DNA from: Chthoniobacteraceae bacterium
GTDB lineage: Bacteria; Verrucomicrobiota; Verrucomicrobiia; Chthoniobacterales; Chthoniobacteraceae
Assembly (NCBI GenBank): GCA_031409655.1
Contig: JANNXQ010000032.1
Location: 35,984 to 99,983 of the forward strand
DNA length: 64,000 bases
Direction of reading: 5' to 3'
Made by a program: the position numbers and the translations under genes. Shown in pieces: positions 18,026 to 27,631 of this stretch; within the stretch, counting starts at the first letter, position 1, and every line of letters starts with the position of its first letter. Under the pieces are notes generated by a model, which worked only from the letters and a program-made list of their open reading frames with translations, was not told where the DNA came from and ran no database searches.

Positions 18026-19408
18026 TTAAAGCACCACCGGCTCCCCAGGGGCCGGGATCACGAACTCGCTCTCCGGCAAATCCGCCTGCAAGGTGGATCG
18101 GAACCACTCGAGCGCCGCCGTGTCGCCATGGACGAGCAGCACCTTCTTCGGCCGCACCTTGTTCACGTAAGCGCGGATGCTCTCCCGCGTGGCGTGGGCG
18201 CTGAAATTGAAGACCTCGGTCTGACAGCGCAAGGGCTGCGCAGGACGCGCCGGATCGAGTTGGATCATCTCGCCCGGCGCCGTCGCCCGCAGCCGACCGG
18301 CCGGAGATTCGGGATCCGCATACCCGACGAAAAGCATCGTCTGATTCGGGTCGCTGATGAAATGGCGGGCGTAGCTGTTGGAGATCGTTTTCTCCGTCAT
18401 CATGCCGCTCGAAAGCGCGTAAATGCGGCGCGGCTTCACTGGCGTGGCGTCGGCAGCTTTGCCGGCCATGGTGAAAGGCGCGACGGTATGGAGGAGATCG
18501 AGATCGGGGCGCTGCCGGGGGACTTGATACGCGAGCTTGTCGTAGATTTCCGTGATCTTCGTGCCGAGACCGCCGATGTAGATCGGGCAAAGCGGGAGCA
18601 GCCCTTTGCGGCGGAATTCGTAAAACATCGCCAGTAGCTCCTGCGTCTTGCCGAGCGCAAAGATGGGGATGAAAACCGCGCCGCCACGATCGAAAGCTGC
18701 CTGGATCGCCTTGGCGAAACGCAACTCCTCGGCGGCCCGCGTGAAACCCTCGGGCATCGCTCGTTCGCCATTCGTGGTCTCCATGATGAGCACGTCGAGC
18801 GGCTCCTCCGGAAAACGCGCGGCCTGCATCACCGTCTGATCGCCGAACTGCACATCGCCCGAGTACAAGATGGTGCGACCTTCCGTGCGGATGAGCGTGC
18901 CGACGGAACCGAGGATGTGCCCGGCGTCGAAAAACTCCACGGAGACCTCCGCCAGTTCGTCGGGCCGGAGCCGCTCGCCGGTGAGATCAAACCGCGTGTG
19001 CAACGGCGCAGTCCGCCAGCGTTTCTCGCAGAGATCCACCTCGCGATGCGTAAAGTGCGGGCGCGGCATGAGCCCGTCGTCGCACTTGTATTGCATGACG
19101 TTTGCCGAATTGTGCAGCATCTGGCCGCTCAGCAGCCGGGTGCCTTCCGTCATGAAGACCGGCGCGCGCGGCTGCTGCCGCATGAGCACCGGGAGCGAGC
19201 CCAGGTGATCCTGATGCGCGTGGGAAAGCACGATGGCCTCCGCGCTATCCGCGGGCAGACGATCGAGCAGCGGCAACCCCTCCGGTCCGTCGAGCCGCGG
19301 ATGCATCCCCGCATCGAGGATCAAGCGCTTCCCCGCTGCCTCGAGACTATAGCAATTGGCGCCGATCTCGGCAGCGCGGGTCAGATTCGTAAAAGTGATA
19401 CCGGACAT
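18026..19408 (-). CDS. MBL-fold beta-CASP RNA-processing nuclease (CPSF73/YSH1-like)
   Basis: SHAHQDH, AGHILGS, YSGD, METT, FALGKTQE, FSAHA, VHGD. Confidence 0.95.
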   Translation of the reverse strand: MSGITFTNLTRAAEIGANCYSLEAAGKRLILDAGMHPRLDGPEGLPLLDRLPADSAEAIVLSHAHQDHLGSLPVLMRQQPRAPVFMTEGTRLLSGQMLHNSANVMQYKCDDGLMPRPHFTHREVDLCEKRWRTAPLHTRFDLTGERLRPDELAEVSVEFFDAGHILGSVGTLIRTEGRTILYSGDVQFGDQTVMQAARFPEEPLDVLIMETTNGERAMPEGFTRAAEELRFAKAIQAAFDRGGAVFIPIFALGKTQELLAMFYEFRRKGLLPLCPIYIGGLGTKITEIYDKLAYQVPRQRPDLDLLHTVAPFTMAGKAADATPVKPRRIYALSSGMMTEKTISNSYARHFISDPNQTMLFVGYADPESPAGRLRATAPGEMIQLDPARPAQPLRCQTEVFNFSAHATRESIRAYVNKVRPKKVLLVHGDTAALEWFRSTLQADLPESEFVIPAPGEPVVL

Positions 19409-20103
19409 GCCGTGCGGTAGAGCATGTGCAGCCGCCCGCCCTTTGGCAAGACACGCCACACGTGAGCTGAATCACGGTGCGACCATGCGCCGCCGAGGCG
19501 CACAAAGCGCGGGCCTGGGGCCCTGCCGAGCGCCGACCTCGAGTCCACGCGCTCTCTTGGAGACACGCCTCCGAGTTCTGCCGTATTGCGTGAGCCCGCG
19601 TCACCGCGTCATCTCCGTGACGTCAGCTTTCCATCGCCTCACCATGCAGTTCGCCCCCAGAGTCGAGGCAGGCAGAGCTCTTCTACCGCAATGCAATTCC
19701 TCAACTGCCAGTAGTGCGACGCTTCGGTCCCGCTCCCTCGCAGTCCGCGATTGCCCCCCAGTGCGCTGGTAGATTGGTCGAAAGGACGCGCGAAAAAAGT
19801 GGGCTTTCTCGCTCCAACTGCTCCTCATCCGAAAATTCCATACCTCAAAACTGGCAATCCTCCCATGCTGACCACTCCGAAAATCAGCCCTGATCGACTG
19901 TTTTGTAGGATGGACACTGACACTTTGCATACGCCAATCGCCACGCAAGAATGCGTCGATTTCTTCTTGTCGAATTCTGACGGTTCTGAATAATGCAGGG
20001 GTCAAATGCGCCAAACAAAGAGGTTTTCAGCCCCGTGAAACGCTTCGACTTCTAAAAGTTCAAAGCCCAACCAGATTATCCGATTCAACCAACCCAAACT
20101 CAC

Positions 20104-21168
20104 ATGACCACAAAAAACACTAAACTTGCAGGTCTTGCTTTGGCGGCTGCCTGCGCCGCAGTTCTCGCCCCAACCGCAAATGCGCTCGTGCTGCGCTACG
20201 AAGAGGCCGGTTTCGGCAAAAACGTCGGCGACCTTTTCGAGAAGGGACCGGTCACATTAAAAATTCAGGACTGGGACGCTGGCACTACCTACACGACCGC
20301 AGTCGGCGGTCAGCTTCCCATTGGAACTACCCGTGGTAACGGCCAGGATGGTACCGGCGTGCAGACGAATCTTGGCGGTGTTACTGAATTGAACGCCCCC
20401 GCCGGAGTCTTGGTGACTCAAGCTGCTCAATCCCGTCCGTTGGGCCTGCTCGGTGCAGGAGCTGCGAGCAACGACGATACTTGGGGGATCGCAAAGATCA
20501 CCGATATCCGAGATTCAAATGGCCTGACGATCTGGTCGTCCATCGGAAAAGGCGCAGAACTTACGGCGCTCTTCTACGGCGAACAGGATACATACTTTAA
20601 GCAAACTGCTGCAGATACCCTGACCTCCAGCGGCGTGGGTCTTCGGATTGATCTTTGGGAACAGAATCTCCCAACGCCTGCTGGTCAAACCTTCAATCCC
20701 AGCCTCGGGCCAGGCGGTCGGGATGCCGGCGGCCTTGGCTACACGACGGTCACGGAGGGCACTAAGATTCTTACGTTGCAGTCAACTCCTGGCTTCTTGC
20801 ATTTAGACGGCACGTTGGGCGGCAGTGCAGCCGAATTCGAAACCCGCTTCAATGTTGCCGGTGGCAAAGGAAGCGGTGATGCCTACATGAACGTAATCGG
20901 CGGAACGGAAGCAGCGCGGTTCGACACGAACCAAGTTAGCAGCAATGTTTCTGCCCCGGGGCTTTTCTCGGATATCGCGATCTCCTTCACAAACGACTCC
21001 CGCACCTTGGCTCAAGGCAACTCGACGAATAAGTTCGACTGGCTCGTCACCAGTGACGACCCCATCAAGGGGAACGTCATTCCTGAGCCCACCTCTGCCC
21101 TTGTTGGCTTGGGTTGCACCTTGGCGATGTTCGCCGGACGCCGTCGCAAGGTCGCCACTGTCGCTTAA
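20104..21168 (+). CDS. Secreted PEP-CTERM sorting-domain protein
   Basis: Signal peptide ending ANA; C-terminal IPEPTS + hydrophobic helix + RRRK. Confidence 0.95.
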   Translation: MTTKNTKLAGLALAAACAAVLAPTANALVLRYEEAGFGKNVGDLFEKGPVTLKIQDWDAGTTYTTAVGGQLPIGTTRGNGQDGTGVQTNLGGVTELNAPAGVLVTQAAQSRPLGLLGAGAASNDDTWGIAKITDIRDSNGLTIWSSIGKGAELTALFYGEQDTYFKQTAADTLTSSGVGLRIDLWEQNLPTPAGQTFNPSLGPGGRDAGGLGYTTVTEGTKILTLQSTPGFLHLDGTLGGSAAEFETRFNVAGGKGSGDAYMNVIGGTEAARFDTNQVSSNVSAPGLFSDIAISFTNDSRTLAQGNSTNKFDWLVTSDDPIKGNVIPEPTSALVGLGCTLAMFAGRRRKVATVA

Positions 21169-21213
21169 CGAAACTATCCGGCGTGAGTTGAACTCACGTC
21201 TCAAGACTCAAAT

Positions 21214-21252
21214 GCCCCGGTCAGCTAGATGCTGGCCGGGGCGTTTCTTTTT
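21214..21252 (+). terminator. Rho-independent terminator of the PEP-CTERM gene
   Basis: GCCCCGGTCAGC-tagat-GCTGGCCGGGGC followed by GTTTCTTTTT. Confidence 0.85.
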
Positions 21253-21737
21253 AGGGAATCGGTCGCGGCTCTGGGGGATCGAGTCGCTCACCCATCGCGA
21301 CCCGGCACCAACTCGCCCGATCGCCGGGTGAGAGTCATTGAGCACCACGTCGGGCCTAAAGCGACCTTCGCGGAAGAAGCAGACCCCGGAGCGTCCGCGT
21401 TTCCGGAGCGATCACCTTATTTTTGAAAAATGGTATCACTGACGACGCCCCCGTCGGCTTTCGTCGGATGCGGTAGCTTCCGCAGTTTTCAGACCCTTCC
21501 ACACGGGCACTTTCGTGGGAGGCTCTGGACACCATTGCTAGGCGCAAGAGCCGTGTCCCCGATTTCGGGCTCTTCCATCCATCGTCCGAATCCGGAACCT
21601 TTGCCGATGCTGCGGAAGTGACAAACTCACGGTCGCAAAACGCCGAAAAATGGGCCTCGGAGCTTAGGTGATTCTGGGAACTGACACACCAGAACAGCCT
21701 CGCCTGTTCCCTTCGCGTGAAGCAACCTGGACGAGCC

Positions 21738-21971
21738 TTATTCGCCGTCCGAGCCAATCGCTTCGACCGGACAGCCTTCCATGGCTTCTTTGGAAAGCCG
21801 CTCCTCGTCTTCGTTCTCGGGCTGTTTGTAGAGGTAGCTGTGGCCGCCGTCGTCGTTGCGCATGAAATTTGCGGGCGCGGTTTCGCGGCAGAGATCGCAG
21901 TCGATGCACTGGTCATCCACGTAGAATTTCCCGGGAACGTTTTCGGGGTATTTGTTAACGGCGTCGGCCAT
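21738..21971 (-). CDS. Ferredoxin (single cluster)
   Basis: YVDDQCIDCDLC...CPVEAIG. Confidence 0.95.
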   Translation of the reverse strand: MADAVNKYPENVPGKFYVDDQCIDCDLCRETAPANFMRNDDGGHSYLYKQPENEDEERLSKEAMEGCPVEAIGSDGE

Positions 21972-22197
21972 GATTTTAGCGATTTCCTAGATTCAATTTC
22001 GAGCGCCCGAAAATAGGGGTGAAATCCGCTCTGGCAATGAGTTTTTCCAATTTCGGTCCCACGCAGATTCGGGTCGAATTGTTTTGCGCGGGACGAAATG
22101 AGAGGCGTCGCTCGAAGGGTGCGCTGAGTTGGCACTGAAGTGGAGCGGAGCCTTACTGGAGGGCGAAAACTACCTCAGCAACGCCAGCCCGGCGCTC

Positions 22198-25100
22198 TCA
22201 CGGTTTTTTCAGCGACTCCAGCCAAGCCAGCAAGTTTGCGAGGTCCGCTGGCGTGAATGCGTTCAGCAAGCCTTCGGGCATCATTGATTGCTCGCGAGTG
22301 CCGCGCTCGGTGATGTCCGCCTTTTCGACGAGGGTCGTCTGCCCGGCGACATTGCGCAGATCGAGGCTGTCGCCGCCTTCCCGCGTGACGAACCCTTCGG
22401 TCTGCTCGCCTTTCTTCGTTTTCACCCAGACGGTCTCGAAACCTTGCGCGAGCTTGGCGCCTGGCTTGAGGATGCTCTCGGTAAGGGCGGCGCGGTCGTA
22501 GATTTTCGCGACGGCGGAAAGGACCGGGCCTTTCGGCGGCTCGTCGGCACTCACGGTGTGGCACGCGATGCAGCCGGCGCGCAGATACAGCTCCTGCCCG
22601 GCCTTGGCGTCGCCGCCCTTTTGCACGGCGGCGAAGACCTCCTCGTATTTCATCGTGCCGATCGTCGGCATTGCAGTGGTCGATTCGGAAAGGCCGAGCG
22701 CCTGGTAGGCGAAGAGCGCGGCTTCGGCGACGGCGTTGTTCGGGTCTTTGAGATGCGCCTTCACCTGATCGGCGAACGACTTCGCCTTCGTCTGTGCGAT
22801 GACGCCGAGCAGGCTCGCCGTCCCTTCGGGTTTTGCCCACAGCTTCTTCACGGCTTCCTGCGCGTAATCTCGCTCTTTGCCTTTCGAGACGGTGCTCGTG
22901 GCGAGGTTCACGAGGATGATTTGCGCGAGCGTGCGCTTCGCGGCGTCGCTGCCGAGCGCGAGGTTTTCGTAGGCGTAGAGGTTGTTCATCGCCGGTGCGG
23001 CGCGGGTGAAATCCTCGAAGGCCGCGGTGAGCGCGGGGTGCGGAAGCGGGTGACCGGCGAGTGGACTGAACGCGGCAACCGCGGCGTCGAGTGCGGCGAT
23101 GCGCAATTCCTCCACGCCGATCTTCTGCTGATTGCCGCGCTGGATCAGGCGCATGGCGCGGGCGCGCAATTCGGGCGCTTCGTCGGGGCGGTTCACGATC
23201 GCCACTGCGGCGACGAGTCCGGCGGCGGGCAGCACGTTATCCGGCGAAAACATGCCTTCGAGGGCGGTGAGCTTCGCGGGCGTGTCGTTGCCGGCCTTGG
23301 CGAGCATCAGGTCGATGAGGCCGGGATACCCGACCTTTGTCTGATACATCCGCTCGACGAGCCACTTCGCGTCCTCCTCGTTGCTCGCTTCGAGCGCGGT
23401 CTTCAGCGCGGCGGTGATCTTCGGCGTCTCGCTCCACGCGATGGGTTGATAGACCGGGCCGCTCGTATCGGGCCGCGTGCCCCACCACACTTTCGGGTCT
23501 TCGTAAGGCGCGTCCTGATTCGCGAGGCGGCAGAGGGCGTTGAGGAGGCCGCGGCGGAGTCCGGGGAGCGCGCCCGTCCCGGGCGCTGGCGACGGCGTCC
23601 CGCCGTCGCGGACTTTCGTGGACGCGTCCTCCGCAGTTCGAGGCGCATCAGTGCTTGGCGCGCCCTCGGAATTTCGTCGCGGCGGGACGCGACGACCAGC
23701 GCCCGAGACGGGCGCGCTCCCCAGACGCGCAATCAAGCCGTCCACGACTTCGGGCGTGTAGATCCCGTAGAGCGCGCGCAAGGCGCCGGGCTGCACTTTC
23801 GCGTCGGCGGAATCGAGCGAGGCGAGGCAAGGCTGCACCGCCTTCAATTCGCTGAGCGCCCGCACGGCGAGGTGCGCGACGACCGGATCGGCGTCGGCGA
23901 CGAGCGGGAGGATGGCGGGCGCGGCGTCGGTCTTGTGCATCCGGCGTAGCGCGGTGATCGCGGCGGCGCGGACGCGGGGGTTTTGATCGGCAAGAAACTG
24001 GCTCAGCGGCTTTGAGGGAATGTCGGTTGTCTTGCCCGCGCCGTCGGCCAGCGCCCGCAGCGTGTATTCCACAGTGTCGATCTTCTTTAGCATGTCCGCG
24101 AAGACCGCTGTGCCACCAGGCGCGAGCTTGTGCTTGATTTGCACGGCGGTGTAGAGCGCGGCGATCCACTGCTCGACGGGCCGATTCACTTTCGCTGGCG
24201 CCATCGCCATGCCGAGCATCATTCCAATGCGACCGGCCGAGTTCGGATCCTTCGCGCGGCGGATGAACTCGCGTTGTCCGGCCTGCCGCAGGGTCGCGCT
24301 GTCCGAGAGAATCGCTTCAAGCAGCGTGTCGTCACCGGCTTTTGCAAAATCCGGCACCTCCAACTTCGGCTTATCCTTCTTCACCACCCGCAGAACATAC
24401 CCCGCGTTCGGCCCGTTGTAGTTGAAGGTCGCGCCTTCCCAGCTCGTGATGAAGAGCGCGCCGCTCGCGTCCACGTCCATGTCGGTCGGGCGCGTCAGGG
24501 CGATCCACTTGTTCTGCTTCACCGGCGGGCGTTTGTGCGTCGAGGTCGGGTCGAGATCGGCGCCGGGCTCGCCCACTTTCCAGCCGGCGCCGTCGGGCAC
24601 GAGGTCGTCGTGATACATGATCCCGCCCGCGCCCCACTCGACGGTGAAGAGGCCCTTCGGCAGGCCGGGTTCATCGAGCCAGAGCGCGCCGCAGGGGCTG
24701 CCGCCGCCGAGATCGGCGAGCGCGTCGAGGCGGTCTTCGGGGAAGTTTTTGAAGAGATACGGGTAGCCCAGGTGCGCGCCGGGTGGGACGAAGCTCAGGC
24801 GCACGTTCCAGCCGCCGCCGTCGTTGGTGTTGTCGCGGGTGAAAAGGTCGAGCGTGGGGGAGACGGCCGCGTCGTAGATATTCCGCTGGCCGCGCGAGAC
24901 GATCTCAAAGCCGGTGCCATCGGGCCGGATGCGCACGATGCCGCCGCCGCGCATTGAGAGCGTGGTGCCGTCTTTCGCTCGCGCCTTCACGAAGCCGTAG
25001 TCGCCCACGGCGATGTAGATGAAGCCGTCGATCGCAAGCCGGCAGCCGTTGGTGGTGTGATCCGCGCCGCGGAAGGCGAGGTCAAAGCCGAGGCCAGTGA

Positions 25101-25638
25101 GGATGTCTTCCTGCTTGTCGGATTTCCCGTCGCCGTCGGTGTCGGTGTAGGCGGTGAGGTTCGGCGGGTGCATCACATAGAGCGTGCCGGGGAGATCAAG
25201 GAGCAGGGGCGCCCCCGCCCCGTGTTGCGGACTCGGGGCGAGGGCGCCCCTGCTCCTTGGCACGCCGTCCCAGATGACCCCGCGCGGGCTCTCCATCTCG
25301 GCGAAGGTCTTGAACTCATCCGCGCGACCGTCGCCGTCGGTGTCGCGCATCCGCACCACTTTGCCGGGCTTCTTCTCCGCCGTGTTGCGATCGCGTCCGA
25401 GCGAGCCGTTTTCGTCGATGGCGACGAAGATGGTGCCGTCGATCGCAGCGCTCACGCTAGTCGGGTAGCCGCCCATCGGCGGCAGTGCGAAGACGGTGGC
25501 CTCGTAGCCCTCCGGCAGCGTCACGGTCGTGAGGATTTCGGCCTCGGTGCGCACTGGCAGTTCGCCGTTTTTCTTTTGGGCAAAAGCGGGGGCGGCGAGG
25601 AGCGCGGCGGAGAGCAGGGTTAAGGCGGGTGATTTCAT
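22198..25638 (-). CDS. PVC-type membrane-bound dehydrogenase-like / heme-binding CxxCH protein (beta-propeller + HEAT + cytochrome c) carrying two in-frame palindromic insertions
   Basis: Signal peptide MKSPALTLL..AFA; DTDGDG.AD, DGFIYIAVGD.G, G.RNIYD, HEAT-like repeats, CIACH, LTESILKP, QSMMPEGL. Confidence 0.9.
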   Translation of the reverse strand: MKSPALTLLSAALLAAPAFAQKKNGELPVRTEAEILTTVTLPEGYEATVFALPPMGGYPTSVSAAIDGTIFVAIDENGSLGRDRNTAEKKPGKVVRMRDTDGDGRADEFKTFAEMESPRGVIWDGVPRSRGALAPSPQHGAGAPLLLDLPGTLYVMHPPNLTAYTDTDGDGKSDKQEDILTGLGFDLAFRGADHTTNGCRLAIDGFIYIAVGDYGFVKARAKDGTTLSMRGGGIVRIRPDGTGFEIVSRGQRNIYDAAVSPTLDLFTRDNTNDGGGWNVRLSFVPPGAHLGYPYLFKNFPEDRLDALADLGGGSPCGALWLDEPGLPKGLFTVEWGAGGIMYHDDLVPDGAGWKVGEPGADLDPTSTHKRPPVKQNKWIALTRPTDMDVDASGALFITSWEGATFNYNGPNAGYVLRVVKKDKPKLEVPDFAKAGDDTLLEAILSDSATLRQAGQREFIRRAKDPNSAGRIGMMLGMAMAPAKVNRPVEQWIAALYTAVQIKHKLAPGGTAVFADMLKKIDTVEYTLRALADGAGKTTDIPSKPLSQFLADQNPRVRAAAITALRRMHKTDAAPAILPLVADADPVVAHLAVRALSELKAVQPCLASLDSADAKVQPGALRALYGIYTPEVVDGLIARLGSAPVSGAGRRVPPRRNSEGAPSTDAPRTAEDASTKVRDGGTPSPAPGTGALPGLRRGLLNALCRLANQDAPYEDPKVWWGTRPDTSGPVYQPIAWSETPKITAALKTALEASNEEDAKWLVERMYQTKVGYPGLIDLMLAKAGNDTPAKLTALEGMFSPDNVLPAAGLVAAVAIVNRPDEAPELRARAMRLIQRGNQQKIGVEELRIAALDAAVAAFSPLAGHPLPHPALTAAFEDFTRAAPAMNNLYAYENLALGSDAAKRTLAQIILVNLATSTVSKGKERDYAQEAVKKLWAKPEGTASLLGVIAQTKAKSFADQVKAHLKDPNNAVAEAALFAYQALGLSESTTAMPTIGTMKYEEVFAAVQKGGDAKAGQELYLRAGCIACHTVSADEPPKGPVLSAVAKIYDRAALTESILKPGAKLAQGFETVWVKTKKGEQTEGFVTREGGDSLDLRNVAGQTTLVEKADITERGTREQSMMPEGLLNAFTPADLANLLAWLESLKKP
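23563..23722. repeat. REPIN-like palindromic element (family B), in frame within a CDS
   Basis: GGGGAGCGCGCCCGTCCCGGGCGCTGG ... CCAGCGCCCGAGACGGGCGCGCTCCCC; same arm at 25845-25900. Confidence 0.9.
25197..25259. repeat. REP-like palindrome (family A), in frame within a CDS
   Basis: CAAGGAGCAGGGGCGCCC ... GGGCGCCCCTGCTCCTTG, 63 bp; homologous copies at 31432 and 44244. Confidence 0.9.
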
Positions 25639-25694
25639 CGAGGTGCGGTTTGCAAGGATCGTCGCGACTGGAAAGTGAACGACGTGGCGGCGGT

Positions 25695-25901
25695 TCCGGG
25701 GAGCAGGCGCGTCTCGCGGGTGGGTTTCGGCGTCTCGCCGGAACGAACTTTTGCAGTCGTCCGGTTCGGCAAGAGCTCCCCGCCTCGAAGAACATGCCGG
25801 ATTTCGGCACGGAGGTGAAGCTTCTGAGCGACCGGACGGCGTGGGAAGTTCGTGGCGGCGAGACGCCGCCACCAGCGCCCGGGACGGGCGCGCTCCCCGG
25901 A
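25695..25901. repeat. REPIN-like palindromic element (family B), intergenic
   Basis: TCCGGGGAGC ... CCAGCGCCCGGGACGGGCGCGCTCCCCGGA with internal GGCGTCTCGCC/GGCGAGACGCC arms. Confidence 0.85.
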
Positions 25902-25923
25902 GCTTCCGGTCGATCGCCTTGGG

Positions 25924-27297
25924 TTACTTCACCAGCGCGACTTCGAAGGCGTGCGGCTTGGGCTGATTCGCCTGGTAGATCTGATCTTCGATGCCCTTCG
26001 CGGCGGCGAGCAGTTCGGCGACTTTCGCCTTCTGGCCGTTGTACCACTCTTCGAAAGCGGCCTTCTTGTCCGCGAGCTGCGGGTCATTGGCGTCGGCGGC
26101 TTTTTGCAGGTCGCGGCGCTTGCCTTTGAGCATCGCGTATTGGCCGCGGAGCGGATTGTAAGCGGTGTCGTTGCGCTGCTTGTTGAGCACCGCGACGGCG
26201 AGTGCCTGCTGGTATTGCGGCGTCTTCGCATTGCCCTGGAGTTCCACGCCGCGGGCGAATTGCGCTTCCGTAAAGATGCCGACTTCCGTGCCGTCGATGC
26301 GCAGCGTGTATTTGCCTTTCGGGAGCTGGAGCACCGTCACCTTTTGATTGCTGTAGCGATGCCCGAGCGCGGTGATTTGCACACCTTCCGCCGCATCCGG
26401 CGGCAGCACCCACGGCAGCGCGCTCTCCAGCGCCGTGAAGCTGAGCTCGCCGTCCGCCAGCGCGAGACCGTCCACCTTGGCGCTCGCGCCGATGGACTTT
26501 GGCCCACCGGGCAGCGCTTCGATGACGATCTGCGAGACCTGCGTCTTCTTCACCATGTCCGCGATGATCGACGCCGCCATGACCGTCTGACCCACCGGTC
26601 CGGGATGCACGGCGTCCTTGATCATCGTCCAGTCCGGGTCGGTCTTGCGTTTACCGAGGGTGAGATTGTTTAGCGGCGAATACATATCGACGAAACCGAG
26701 GCCGCGAACCTGCGCCTGTTCGCGGAGCCACGCGCCGTAGAGGCCGAGCACGCCATTGTAGAAGGTGTCCCGCGGCTCCTGGCCACCTTTCACGCGCGCC
26801 GCCCGGGCGTCGTGCATCGTGGGGGTCATCGGGATGGCCGTGGCACCGAGCGCGGAGATGCGCTCGAGCAGCGTGGTCATGTCCGCGGTGTAGGTGTCGA
26901 AGACCGCCTGATCGAAGCCCTTGTAGCTGCCGTCATTCATGCCGAGGAGGATGGTCACGTACTTCGGCATGTAGGGCGCCACGTCTTCGTCGAAGCGGGT
27001 GAGCGCGTCCTTCGCCCGATCGCCGCCGACGCCGGCATTGTGAAAGTGCAGCCGCAGCTTCGGGTAGCGGGTGTAGAAGTAATTTTCCACGTACTGCGTG
27101 TAGAGGCACTGGTGGGTGATCGAGTCGCCGAGGAAGACCACGCTGTCGCCGTCCTTCAGATCCATCTCCTTCACGATCTTCTTGAACTGCGGAGGTGCCA
27201 CCGGCGCCGCAGGCGCGGGCAGCGCTTTCTCTTGGGCAAAGACCGGCGCCGCGAGCACGCAGAGGGTGGCGAAGGAGGAGACGAGGAGGCGATTCAT
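25924..27297 (-). CDS. Secreted SGNH/GDSL hydrolase
   Basis: FLGDSIT, NAGVGG, LGMNDG, DAVHP; signal peptide from ATG 27297. Confidence 0.92.
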   Translation of the reverse strand: MNRLLVSSFATLCVLAAPVFAQEKALPAPAAPVAPPQFKKIVKEMDLKDGDSVVFLGDSITHQCLYTQYVENYFYTRYPKLRLHFHNAGVGGDRAKDALTRFDEDVAPYMPKYVTILLGMNDGSYKGFDQAVFDTYTADMTTLLERISALGATAIPMTPTMHDARAARVKGGQEPRDTFYNGVLGLYGAWLREQAQVRGLGFVDMYSPLNNLTLGKRKTDPDWTMIKDAVHPGPVGQTVMAASIIADMVKKTQVSQIVIEALPGGPKSIGASAKVDGLALADGELSFTALESALPWVLPPDAAEGVQITALGHRYSNQKVTVLQLPKGKYTLRIDGTEVGIFTEAQFARGVELQGNAKTPQYQQALAVAVLNKQRNDTAYNPLRGQYAMLKGKRRDLQKAADANDPQLADKKAAFEEWYNGQKAKVAELLAAAKGIEDQIYQANQPKPHAFEVALVK

Positions 27298-27411
27298 GGG
27301 TGGGGTGGGTGGTGGAGTGTGGGAGGAGAACCGCGCGAGCCAGCGGCTCTTGGGACAAAACGGCGGCGCTCCCAGATTGCCAGCTGCCCCGCTTCGACTA
27401 CCTTCCCGGCC

Positions 27412-27624
27412 ATGCAAGACCTCGGGAAGCTGCTCCTCATCGCCGGCCTCGCGCTGGCGGCGATCGGCGCGCTGCTCTGGAAGACCGGCAGCCTCGGCGG
27501 CCTCGGAAAACTCCCCGGCGACATCTTCGTCCAAAAGGGCGGCTCGAGCTTCTACTTCCCAATCGTGACCTGCATCGTCATCAGCCTCGTGCTGACGCTG
27601 GTGATGTGGCTAGTGCGAAAGTAG
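27412..27624 (+). CDS. DUF2905-family small membrane protein
   Basis: LGKLPGDI...FYFPIVTCIVIS. Confidence 0.9.
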   Translation: MQDLGKLLLIAGLALAAIGALLWKTGSLGGLGKLPGDIFVQKGGSSFYFPIVTCIVISLVLTLVMWLVRK

Positions 27625-27631
27625 CGCCGCC

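Noticed and set aside
19601..20014. ORFs in the region upstream of the PEP-CTERM gene
   Set aside because: No recognisable motifs and atypical composition; treated as non-coding
22129..22146. Sigma54-like TGGCAC site
   Set aside because: The -12 GC is missing and there is no plus-strand gene downstream
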